Positions 14,574-27,000 are shown, numbered from the stretch's first letter. The stretch: 64,000 nucleotides of DNA from Phallusia mammillata (GCA_965637545.1 OZ281496.1:24676001-24740000), one strand, 5' to 3'. Notes: generated by a model not told the origin, from the letters alone. Numbers and translations: made by a program.

Positions 14574-15036
14574 AACTGGTGCCAAAAAGTGTTATTTATT
14601 CCAACAAATGCTTGCACAAATAAGCTCAAAAATATTGCTGCCTAAAAACTAAATTCCTCATTGCATTTTTGTTCCCTGTAACTAATTGTGCCAGCTGCAT
14701 TCATTTATTTTTTCGCTACTGTATGGTTCATTTGTAAAACAATGTTGGTGCAAAAAACTGATTTCCCTATTCGATCCACACTGTTCAATTTTTTATTTTA
14801 ATTTATGCAATACTATATTGTTTCATACTTCAAACTTTGGTGTAAAAATACTGACTACCTTTTTGTTCGTTGATGTTTAATGTGTTACCTTGTGTATTTT
14901 AATTAATGCAATTCTTCAATTGTTTTAAAAAAATATCCTGACTTTACCATTTTCAGGTATAAAGCTAATTTTTGGTGAACTTTATTACAATGAATTGAAT
15001 TACATCTAACAAACAATAAATTCCTTGCAAAAGAAC

Positions 15037-18000
15037 ATGTCAATTTCATCTGTGGTTGAAATATCACCTAACTATCAACTTCATGGAGTGGAATACCCAG
15101 ATGAAAAAACTACATCTAATTCACTCATTAAAAAAGTTATACGGGTAAATGTTGTAAACATTTTTTGAAATGTGGTGCAGTAGGACACATTCCGTTTTTG
15201 TGGTTACTTTTGTTCATGAAATAAAAATGTTTTTAGTGGTTTCCAACTATTGAACATGTTAATCATGCCATTCATTTGTTGGAGTCATCAACCATGACAA
15301 GGTACAATGTTCTGTACAAACGAATGGGTAAGGTTGTTTTTTACAACTTTCTGCATTATGTAAATAATTCTAGGGATTGATTGATGTGATTTTTTTAAAA
15401 CTGACACCATTTATGTTAAATATGAAAACAGGTTCCGAAAACTTTGGACTAGCATTACGTTTGACAAAAATAGCGTTACATTTGTTGCCTGTCAGAGAGC
15501 CAGATACTACTGACTCCATTTATTTTCAGTTTGACACCAATTACTGTTGGTTAAGAAGTCCATAAACCAATACTAATAACCCAGTTTTATACTTACGATT
15601 GTAACGGGTTGACAAAAGACCAATAAATACTAAATCTCTGAAATATCGGCACCTACCTTTAACTCAGAGTATCTCTAACATACTACACAAATGAACCAGG
15701 AATAGACTCAGATAAAAAGTATTCTTCTCACATGCTTTTTATATGATTTTTTTGATAACTTTCGTCGTAGCTAAAGGCTTTGAACCTGAACTACTACATA
15801 TATGTAATAAATAACACTACAGTGTTGTTGCTAGTCACCATGGCTAATTATTAGTGGATACAAAATTTAAGTATACATGAGTTTTTAACATCAAATATTT
15901 GTTTCACAGGACGTGGTCGAGTGTCATTTAATATTGATGATGGAATACCTTATATCACAGAGAGAATTACAAAACTTGAATGTCAGCATGGAAGGGATCG
16001 AAACAAAAGTTATAATGAAAAGAGAAAAATGAAAAAGGCCCCTGCAAATAAAAAATATGTCAGAGTGCAACCTTCTTATAAGGCAGATTGTCCAGCCTAC
16101 ATTGATATATTTGAAGTTTCAAAATATCCACAATACAAGGTAAATTTAAATTTAAAATGTTTTTTTTGAATCAAATTTTAGAATATTATTGAGTAACAAT
16201 GTACTTTATGCTACCCAGGCTATCAGTTTAAAGAAAAATCATAGAGATGCAGCAAGTCAGGCATTAAGAGTTGCTCTTGAATCTGACAATAAAGACATTG
16301 TCAAGGTTTCTGCCTGCAAGGTGGCATTTCCTCCACCTTATGCCCATCAAGGACATGTTTTAGGCCAGGTATTTTTTTGTATATGATTAAGGGTACCTAA
16401 AGGGTCAAGTAGTTTAACAGAGAATCAGAAGGACATAAATCCTTAACTATCAAAACACCCAGTACAATTAAAACACTAGCAAACATGTGGGAAGCCAAAA
16501 GTATCTCACTAAAATAAATCTAATTTGTTCTTACAAGTATTATATTATTTCATGTTGATTATTCAACATTGCAGAAAATAAAAAAGAACAAAAAGCGATA
16601 TTTTAACAAATTGGTTAATTATTTTTAAATGGTACTATTCTTGATCATCTATCCCCATTTACAGACTAATTTTGCAATTTAGCTATTGAATAAAAATGTT
16701 GTTGTTGTTTAAAGGTAAATGAACATGGAAATGGTCGCACATTGGATCCAAGAATTATTGCTAAGATTGACCAGCTTGTTGAAGCAGGGATGGTTTCGAT
16801 GAAGGACATTCAAAAGCACCTGAGAAAATTCGTCTATGAGGAAATTTTCAAAAATCAAGTTGCACCTTCTAAATCACACAAGCGCTTTTTTCCTACAAAA
16901 AAGGTTATCTGTGATTATTACATTCAGTCCTGCATCAGACAGAACAAAGTAAATGCAGACGGAGAAAACCTGACTTTTCTTATAAAAGACTGGGACAGTT
17001 CAATGAAAACTGACAATGTATTTCAACAATATGCATCAAATGCTTCAGATTTAAATGCTGAAGCTACCAAACGCAGCATTGTTTTAGGAGACAACAGAAA
17101 ACCTTTGTGGCACAATAAAGAGATCCAGGACGAGAGTGAAGAAATTATTTCAGATTTAATTGAAGCATACATAAAGTATAGTCCACCCAAAGATGGAGAA
17201 ACACTCCAGCGCCCTCCTTTATGTGCTACTAAACCCATGACAGAAAGAGTGTTTGAAATTTTGGACAAAATCAAAGAACTAGCCCATTGCACTGACATTG
17301 AAGAAGAGTTGTTGAACACTGAATCAAGTTTACAAATCATCCTTGACAGTTTGATAAGAGTTTCGAACCTCCACAAATCAAATGACTGCTCGCGAAAGCG
17401 TAAGTCCAGTGATGCAGATTTGGACCATTCTGTCAAAAAACAAAGATCGACAATTAATGTTACAATTGTTTCTAGTCCAAATGCTGAAATGGACAATGAA
17501 GACTTTCTAGGAAACATGGATTTTTCTCATTCACCAAATATAAATACTTTACTGTCAAGTACAGATTCCTTGCTACCATGTGTTGAGGTAATTACAGATG
17601 ACCCAATTGAAGATGTTATTCTCACAAATGGGCCTCACCAGCTAACTGCCAATGATCTTCACTTGTTTAAATCAATGTCAACAAAAAACTTTGATTGTTT
17701 GACAATGGGCAATATGGTCAACAGTTTTTTATGGCAGTTGGCTCTAAACAGCAGTGAGGTTATGTATGCCGAAAATGCCGTCTTGCAAAATATAAACAAT
17801 GGTTCTGTTGCTAAAGAACTGTGGGATAACATGTCACTAGAAGGAAAGAAGTATTTGTTTCTGCCGTGGAACCATTATCAAAATGATTGGGCTTTACTGA
17901 TAGTGGACATTGTTAAACAAACATTATTGTGCATTGATCCACTGTGTCACATAGCAACCAAAACGACACTTTTGCAAAAAGCGTTTTCCTTCCTTCAAAA

Positions 18001-18391
18001 AATTCTGTTTCTTAAATTACATTTTAATCTGAAATCTACTGATTCGTCAAGCGAGTTTGACCAAATCGTTCCTTGGAACGTTGGTACTAGTGCAGTCTTT
18101 ATCTGTATTGTTGCCAAATCTTTAACTTTTGACGAGTCGCTAAGTTCTTTGCCAACGTCTACCGAGAAATGCCGTGAGGAAATTTTGAAGATCGTTGTGG
18201 GACACTGCCTTGATGAGTTACCGAACAAAGGCATGTGCAAAGTGTGCAAGGAATGTAATCAAAGTGGTGCGGGATGGATACAATGTGCTAGGTGTGCGCA
18301 GTGGTTTCACGTTATATGCGTAGGCTTGACATTTGATCAAGCTGAAAACGGTATTTATTTCATTTGTCCCCCGTTCGATTCGCCAACGTAA
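15037..18391 (+). CDS. CARF (ALS2CR8)-domain protein fused to a degenerate Ulp1/SENP-like (C48) domain and a C-terminal PHD-like finger, 5 coding exons, ~751 aa
   Basis: Exons 15037-15144, 15237-15327, 15910-16139, 16219-16368, 16715-18391 join in frame. CARF-type motifs DGIPYI..LECQHG, YKADCPAYI, AHQGH, LDPRIIAKIDQLV..G, LRKFVYEEIF, RFFPT. C48-like LFLPWN..NDWALLIVD..IDP. PHD CKVC..WIQCARCAQWFHVICVGL. Confidence 0.85.
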
Positions 18392-18841
18392 CGCATTTCA
18401 ATAAAAACGATCGTCATATTTTACTATCGAATTGTGCCACATTTTAGTGTATTTTCCAGACTAAATGCAGCAAAAAATGTTAGAAACGAGCCTATGTCGA
18501 ATACTGTGTGCGTTTTCATATGATTTCTATGATGAATGTTTTGATGCTTATTTGTTCTGACTAGTGACTACTTATTGAGTGTACGTGTCATGTTGTTACT
18601 CATCTTAAATTTGGACTATCGTTAACTATGCTACAACATTTACTTGTAATGCAGAAGTAAAAAAAAAACAAATTAATATAAAATCCCAATTAAGTGAAGA
18701 CCAGTTATAAGTGTGTACACATATTTCACTTTCATGCACAAGCTTGCTGTTGTTAGGTTAGCGTTTGTCACATTTTGATGCAATGTTACTTAACTAGGAG
18801 ATGCAGCTAACATTTTCACCAGGTCAATTTATTTTTAGGTG

Positions 18842-19330
18842 ATGAATCATAACAGGGATAATATACTTAGATCCTGTCGTTCTGTTACTGTGTCTTTTGT
18901 AAAGTTTACCAACCGAACAACAACAAAAGTAAGACTTGAATGGGTGGATTACCAAGGCAAGAGGGTGTGCTACTGCAAGGAACTCAAACCCAATGACCAT
19001 TTTTCAGTGAAAACTTTTGTTGGACATCCCTGGGTTGCCTGCGAAAGTAAATACAAACACCCACTTTGCTTTAACACTGAAAGAGAAGGGATTTATTTTC
19101 CAGTGGCCTCAGATTTTTCAGGCAATGTGCCAACACAAGCAACAGTGGACATTTTCTCACCATATAAACAATTGACTACACTTTGTCTTCAATCGATATA
19201 TCAAAATATAAAACAAAAGGATTGTGTAAATCAGCTAAACATTAGCAGACATTTTGTGAAACAGCTTGAAAGCATGTTTGATGATCAAGAAAACCGAACT
19301 ACCCCTATTGTAATGTACCGTGTCACCTGA
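18842..19330 (+). CDS. VHL: von Hippel-Lindau tumour suppressor homolog, intronless CDS, 162 aa
   Basis: LRS..S..V.F.NRT...V.LEWVDYQG..VCY..L..TFVGHPW (hydroxyproline-pocket W, Y, T, H, W positions kept) and BC-box QLTTLCLQSI. Acceptor TTTTAG just before the ATG; AATAAA near 19634. Confidence 0.92.
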   Translation: MNHNRDNILRSCRSVTVSFVKFTNRTTTKVRLEWVDYQGKRVCYCKELKPNDHFSVKTFVGHPWVACESKYKHPLCFNTEREGIYFPVASDFSGNVPTQATVDIFSPYKQLTTLCLQSIYQNIKQKDCVNQLNISRHFVKQLESMFDDQENRTTPIVMYRVT

Positions 19331-19899
19331 CATAGAATTTTTCATTGTAATAGCACATTATTGTACACACCAGCAGCACAGCAAAAGTTGTTGAAATGCC
19401 CATTTCTGGGTGTTTACTGTTTACCATGCTTTGCAGGGAAAATAATGGATTCTGAAAAATAATGCCAAGTTGTAGAACCTGTTGTGCAACTTTTGCACTG
19501 TGCAGTCAGCAAAAAAGGAACTATTGCTTATGCTTTCCAAGTTTTGTGCCTAAAGGCACAGGTGTGTGTTTACCATTTTATCAATGTTTCAATTTGCTAC
19601 TATTCTTTTTTGCCATATAAACGTTTATTTATGAATAAAGTATCTACAAAATGTGTAAATATATATCAATGCTTTTCATAGAATCTCCCTTTCTCCAAAT
19701 TGTAGGTATTATGTTCTTTCTTTTATGTAACTGAGTAAGTCGTAATGACTCTAAAACAGTGATTGTGGAATATGTTGCGCAAGGTAAACAGTTTAAAAGC
19801 AATTGACAATGCTCGTTGATCTGGTGCCAAAAAGTAGAATAAATAAAGCACATAGTTAAGCAAGGTGTTAGTGGTGTTATGGTCTCACAGAACGCAGTC

Positions 19900-20280
19900 T
19901 AGTTGCGCCATGGCACACAGCTATCACAAGTGAGCGAATCCAACAAACAAAAAACTACGCAGCACTGGGTCTACCTATTAAAAAACGGTATTGAGTCCAC
20001 AGTCATTACGTACTAATTGTCATTCCAAGGTTTCGCGCCAGTTTCTTGGACAAGCACTTAAAAGATTTGTTATTATGACGTCTTTCGCGCCGTTTGGTCA
20101 CATGGTTTCGTGATTCTGTCGTTCTGTGTTTTGTTGCGTCGCAAAGCGCCAGAGGGAATTAAAACGAACGAGAGTCGGAAAAATAGCAACGTCGGCCAAA
20201 TTTGATTAAGCCACATGTGGTTGGGCTAGATTTACCTTTTTATAGATTTGTAGTAAACACGGGCGACCACATGTAAATGC
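19900..20280. promoter_or_regulatory. CpG-retaining promoter-like island with two E2F-consensus sites
   Basis: TTTCGCGC at 20031-20038 and 20083-20090; CpG-rich relative to both flanks. No target ORF identified. Confidence 0.5.
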
Positions 20281-22086
20281 TCGTTAGGTGGGTTTGTAAA
20301 AAATGAAAGTGGTTAAAATTTTACATTCAAATTTTCTGTTTAGGCAAATTATGCGCCTTCATTTATGTTTTTTCTGTGTTTATAAGCACTCGAGTGAGTT
20401 GCATTTGTCTAATGTTGTCTTGGGTGGAAATTGATCCAAGATACGTTGTGTCAATATTTAGCATTGTATTGACTATCAGGTGTGGATTTGTGGATTGATT
20501 TGGTACAAAGTGCAATATTATAGAATGCTAATATCAGACAATGTAATATCATTTTTTAGTATTTGTATGCCCAAGGGATTGTGACAGGAAAATGATGTCT
20601 GTAACTATAATGTCATACACATAATGTGTTTTGGTTACACTTTTGTTTGTTGCATGTGCTACTATTTAGATACTTGTTTATTTTGTGTTGGTTTTGTTTG
20701 TAGTCACTACCTAACTTTTTTAGTTCTCCGGGTTGTACTTTTTAACTCAATGCATACTAGGGCGGTAGGGCCACAATGATGGTCTGTTTTGCAATTACAT
20801 TTACTTACAACATTTCATGTATATATTGTTTTGATTTCTGTAAACAGTGCTTAGTAAATACAAGTGTCTGGATATATCATAAGTATGATAATTAAATAAG
20901 ATAAACAATTTTAGTTTATTGAATAGTATGAATACACTTTTCACTTTCTTTATCTAATTGAATAAGTTGTGATTGTTTAAATAAAATTTTATTTGTTTGA
21001 ATGATGTTTTGTTTTCATACTCTGTAATTACCTGGTTCTACATGGCCAGATTTTGATGCCATGCTGTCAAAATAAATTATTCAATATTGCAATTCAGTTA
21101 AAATAGATCAAATTCAAAGCAGATGCAAATTAAGGTAAATGTCAATTGGAAAAAAATCGTGTAATAACTGCAGTGGAATTATCTTCTAAATATACAACTA
21201 ATTGTTCATACCTGTTGGTGTATTTTTAATGAAATGTGTGCATTCTGTTCCAATTTTCCCAGCATTTTATTCATTACAATGTTACATTTCAAGTGTATAC
21301 ATGGGAAGTGACCATAACAAATCTTAAGAGCTATAGATTTTTATACTTTTACATAGAATGGGTCTGAATATTATCAAACCTGAGTGATTTGGTTCGTTCT
21401 GTTCTAAGGGTGCTAAGTAGTTCAATTAAATGTAGGTGTTTATGTGTTTGACTTTTTGCCAAGACAATCCTGCTTGAAGAACTGCTACAGTTATTTAGAA
21501 ATTCACTACAACTAAAGAGCAGATATTAATGCCTGCCTATAACAACCTCATCTGCATTATACATATATTGGTAAGAACCTTTAAATCCACTATTTGCAAA
21601 AGTATAGTTTTTTTTAATTACACTATTTTGTTTCACTGTGCTCGTAAAGTCATTTTGAAATATGTGTTTTTTGTTCAACTTAGGTGTGTCAATGCTTAAA
21701 ATTACAACAAAATGTCGAAAGCAAATTAATCATACTGAAACAAATCCTGCTCATTATTAACAAAAATTGCCACTATATTTTCCAAACTGATATGTAAGAT
21801 AATCAAGTAGATAGTGCACCCTTTTTGAGGGTTGGAGTCCGGTCTAGGCCACTAGTGTTTTCTTTAGTAAGAAACCTATGTGGTGTTGGAATGCCAAGAG
21901 AGGACAAAAATAAAATAAACAAAGCTACATTAAAAATATATTACTAATTTTATGTTTAAAAAAGTTTAAAATTTGGATTTATGGTCCCAAATGCATAATT
22001 GGTAAAAAAACAAGTAATCTTCTATTTCAAAATTTGTAACATTTAAATTGTTGACTGTTTATGTGAAAAAATTCAGAAACATATTG

Positions 22087-22100
22087 TCGCTAGATGGCGC
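22087..22100 (+). promoter_or_regulatory. CTCF-like (or YY1-like) motif at a CpG-domain boundary
   Basis: TCGCTAGATGGCGC matches 12/14 positions of CCASYAGRKGGCRS. Confidence 0.35.
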
Positions 22101-23199
22101 TTGTGATTCAGTACCGCATTTGGACTTGACAAAACAGCGTTAGACATTTCCGGTGTACACTGGCGTAGCTGGCAATTCCCCAAACCAATGTTACGAAACG
22201 TAGCACTTGCCTCTTTTGTTTCATAAAAAAATAATAATGTTCACGAAAATAGGAATTAAATCTAATCAATCTGTTGATACGAGCAAACAATATTATCTGA
22301 GGTTCAAGTCTTTGAAAGACGTTGGTCGAGAATGTTCAAGTGTACGTAACTTATGTACAGTTGAAAGTACACATTTCTTCTAGGTAACTCTATTTCAAAT
22401 CGTTTAATGTGGACAGCAGACTTGTAGAACTGCGTGGATTTGACTTTTTTTACCGTGTCATGCAGACATCCTAAATTGCAAACTTTTTATCATCTCCTGC
22501 TGTAACGAGTGCAACATAGGGAATTTTACGATCTCAGCTATATAGTGTTTGCACACATTGACAGGTTTATGAGACAAAGTGAAAAATCCACAGTCCCTAA
22601 CACGTTGCACCACAGAGAAAAATAGGCGTCGGTAAAATCCGACTCGAGGAACAGGAAAAATATTGTATGTCATATCAGGGAAGTTTCGGACAATATTCGA
22701 AAATTTTAAACCTAGTGTGGTTGTCACATAGCTCATGTTAAATTAAAATGTGTTAGCTCCCCGTTTTCCCTCGTATGCAGTTTGCCTTGACAACTCGTTT
22801 ATATCATAGGATTATAGCTGTATACGATTTGCCAATCCGCAAGTTTTATTGTGGCGCCAAGAAAACTTTGTTTCGCCTTCGACAGCTTGCGCCCATTTCG
22901 CCTTTGTTTGTTAAATATTTGTGCCCGTGGTAGGCAAATCCAAGCAGGTGAAACAACATATAAGACTTGGGCAAAACAATGTCTATATTTCATTTTATTT
23001 GCGGGGACAATACAGTTAGGTGATATTTTTAAACTGGTGCAACAACATGTTGTTTCCTAAAATTTCAGCGCACACAGTTCCGATACACGCGTTGCTTTTG
23101 TGCACAATAAGTGTCAGGAACCGATGTGAATTTATCAGCACCTCTCAGGTACATCGTTCGAGTTTCAACTGCCACGATAAACCACGCAGTTTTATGGCC

Positions 23200-23760
23200 A
23201 CCAATAATCCTATGACGACTCCAACTTAACAGCTTTTAAAGCCTCACTTTTCCCAAACATGGCCCCAGCAACGCCCAAATCGAGTGGCTGCTGTTGACTC
23301 GCGACTTTCCTCTTATGGCAGAGGTACGACGGCTCCGTAAATACGGACGAAAACTTTTCCAAGAGCCGAGGAGTCGCTCAATTTACGACCTCAGACCTTT
23401 CCTCACGCGAAAAAACTTTGGCCATTCGGCGTGACACAACACTGAACAAACATGATGCTTTGCTAGCGGGTACCCGAAAATTGCATTTTTCTCCACGTCT
23501 TAAGAATTTTCTGCCGGTCGCACACGCGAACCAGAAGATCCACTTGCGCTCTCTGTACTCTTCATTATTCAAACTCGAACACTGATAGTGCAAATAGCCA
23601 CCAGCCGACCACACGTGAAAAAATGGACTGTTCTGTGGATTGGGCAAACAGGTTGAACGAAATTGCAATAGACAGAGAATTGAGATTTCCGTGTGATGAA
23701 GTGACCTACAGACGTGTACTTTTTTTCGGCGCCAATGATTTACGACAGAGTTAAGGTGGT
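23200..23760 (+). promoter_or_regulatory. Putative TA promoter / 5'UTR exon region of the p63/p73-like gene
   Basis: CpG-dense stretch upstream of the acceptor at 24085; E2F-like CGCGAAAA at 23406-23413. TSS not determinable from sequence. Confidence 0.4.
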
Positions 23761-24086
23761 TGGTTATTTGGGAAGTTCATTCTGTAGACGTTGTTTTGCG
23801 GCGAAACTGCTCTATCGAAAAGTTGAAACGAGGCCACGCGGCCTTTCTTGACAGATTAGTAAAGCTTTGGGGAAATAGACGTTGTTTTTTTTTTGTAAAA
23901 CGAATTTCAGATACCACTTTAACAGAGAGTATTTTAGTGCTATATGAGAGGGTTTATTTATTGTTTTGTAAGATAAGACTTCACAAATTATTCATTTATT
24001 TTTATTAAGGCGTAAAGTAGGTGTGAAAAGTAATAGTCATATTTAGTTTTCGATTTTGCATTAAGTTGTACGCCGTCTGCTACAGA

Positions 24087-27000
24087 ATGAACATGAGGGT
24101 CTTGCACTCCGTAACGCCCATTAAAGTAGAGCCGCTTGACGTCATTGGGCTCCAGGACGCCAGTTTTGAGTCCAAAGCGGACAGTAGTTATTTCAGTCTT
24201 GATGATTGGCCACGTGAAGCCGTCCAATCTACGCCTGGCCAAAGATCAGAATCGAGCATGAATTGTGCAGAAACAGATAGCCGAAGAAACAGCATCTCGT
24301 CCACACCCATACGAAAAAGTTTGTTTCCATGCACCGGTCAAACCTACGATGTCCCTGATGGCACCGTTTCACGTAAGAGCAAAAATTTCCGCACCAGAAA
24401 TGGACTTTTGTGTCACATTTGCAGATGTTTAAAACTAAGCTTCTTCACGATGAAGCAGAAATGCCTAAATCCAAAGTTCTATACTTCGTTTTTGCATTAA
24501 CCAGATGGTTTTTGAACTAACTCGTGCCGTATACGAATATTTTACTTTAATTTAGGGTTTAATTGAATTAAATAGTGCAGTTTAGGCGTTTCCACTTGAA
24601 ACTCGCATCTCGCACAACGAGTCTTTGTAGTTTGTTTCTCTAGCGCCACCGTTTGAAACGCTGATTTCGATTCCCAGTGTTTTCACTAAGCACTTGACTT
24701 TCGACAGACCAAACACTAAACCCACACAACAAAGCGTTTGTTGATTCTAGCATTCCTCATCGAAATTGTAGCCATTGGGCAGAAGTTATTTTGTGGTCAG
24801 AACCTCGGGTGGGAAAACGTGCCGCTGTTGAGCTGAATCCGTTGTCTCGTTCATGGATTTGTCCCGTTTTGGTGCTTTTATTGCTTGGACTAATTTAGGC
24901 TCTAACAACGTTTCGAGGTCCTATTTCCATACTTTCGCTGTGAATACACACGGAAACAAATGATGATCCTCTGTTTTGTGTTTACAATGCACGTTTTTTA
25001 AAACATTCCAAATGGAAAGTAAATGTTGTGGTATACTTCAAAAGTATTGTATTTCTTAAAATGAGTTTTAATATCTGTGTACCAAGTGTTTCAGTTACGA
25101 TGTTAGTCCTTGCACCACGATTTGGCAAATACCATATTTTGCGATAATTTTCCCTTAACCTTGTGACAAATATCCTCGTAAACCTTGTTTGCCCATGCGT
25201 CAGCCTTTGGCGCGTTAATGCCGCTTCGTTTAATTGCCAGAAACTCTTTGCCGAAAAAAGTCGCACGTTTTTCGTTGCTATGTTTATTTCACTGTTTCAC
25301 CTTGAGTTCCATTTTCCTTTTATGACAGTTTCGGGCAAACAGAGCGTTCAAACCTACTACTATCCACACCACAGTGTATTACTCTTCTATGAGAAACGCA
25401 CACACGTAATAGACTACAAAAGAAAGTTTTCATGCGTCCAAAATACCTGTTTTAAGATTGATACCGAAGCACTTTTATTTTTGAATTGTGCCTTTACAGA
25501 TTTGTTTCCTTTGGTCAGTTTGCTGCTAATCCTTTATATAAAGATGATAAATATGGTTTACTTTACTATATTGACGGTATTATTTGCAGGTCGTAACCTG
25601 AACGACATGATGCAGAATGACAACCAGCAACGAGCGCAATCACAGGGAGAGAATGGCGATCCTCAAGAATTTTTCAACATTTGGCCTACTTTATCACAAG
25701 TATCACAGTGAGTACTAAAAGCAACGTTTTTAACCTCTGACAGCTCAAACATACGTTTTGGAAAAAAAGTAACTTCTTTGACTTCAAAAATACATATCAT
25801 AAACTTTTTAATACCGACTTCAAAAATGCCATCTGATTTAGTAGTAGGATTGTGGCAAGCAACTTGTTTTTTATCCTTTGTAGTGTGGTGTAGAATTTGA
25901 AAGGTCATGGCCAAACAGTAGTAAAAAGTATTGAAGCCTTTATATATTAGCTGTGTCAACGTCATCGCCTGTTGCGTATGAATTGCGTCAGACAAGTATT
26001 TTGCTGGGTGGTGACGTGCCTGCTTGTTGTATAGGGTCTGTGCTACAGGCTTAGCTAAAACATTTTGTCAGTTATTGTAATATATACTCATGTGGATTAG
26101 TTTTTGTGTGGATTGTTTGCTAAGACATTCATGTAACTATATATGTGCAAAAAACTGAAGGTAATTAAGTGTTTTTTTCTGAGTAACATATTTTTTGAGG
26201 ATATGGAACGATAGTTATTGTTCAGCTGATATAGATGCAATTTGTAACTAAAACTCCGTGCGGAGAAATGCATTTGTTTCTTGGTTTTGCAGCCCGACTA
26301 GAACTACCTCGTGGATGTCATAGTTAAACCAACAAAGTTTATCCGGATCTAAGAATTACAGCCATCCAAATAAGTGTTTGAAAAAGAAACTTTTGATTAC
26401 ATGTTTCTTTCCCATTGCTCAAGACCCTTTGTTGAAAAACTTTTTTCTTGAATGTTTTGATCTAAATAACGTTCAGTCGTGTTTGACTTTCCAGTTCATA
26501 CTTTGAATGCTTTCCAATGCATTTACCCCTAGGTATCTATATTTGTGATGGTTACGTAACTGGGCGTTGACATCGACACCCGGCTATACCCATATCCGTG
26601 TTGGGATGATCTCATTATTTATCGACGTCCAAATAATAAAAAAACGTTTAGTGTGTATAAAGAGAGAAAGCTTTTGCCGGTGGTTATGTAGAGTCGCTTT
26701 TGATGCGTGTTTGGTGCTATTACATCCTGGTCGCCTCTTGCTGAGTGCTTTGAAGTGTGCGGGCCTTCAAACGTCGACAAGTCGTTGAGGCGACGTGCCG
26801 CACCCTTCTGTTTATTAATTGCACACGAATATTGTTTTTGGACAGAAAAACTCTACCACTATATACAGTAAACCTCGTTTGAACAGAAATCGTTTAATTC
26901 AGGTCTTCACATAATTCGGACAAAACTCGGGGCACAAATGATTTGTAATGTGGTTGAACTAATCGACATCGGTTAACCTGTATCTTCGCATAATCTGGAT

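Noticed and set aside
17023-17517. 164-aa minus ORF (and similar shadows such as 1643-1831, 6139-6406, 13207-13614, 17995-18249, 46544-46906, 60061-60318, 62846-63111)
   Set aside because: Antisense or alternative-frame shadows of real coding exons with no motifs of their own.
21476-21495. TTGAAGAACTGC resembling a recalled tunicate miR-1497 5' end
   Set aside because: The match is short and there is no flanking hairpin.
20280-22080. C/D-box snoRNA host gene
   Set aside because: No RTGATGA C box paired with a downstream CTGA was found; H/ACA RNAs cannot be assessed by eye.
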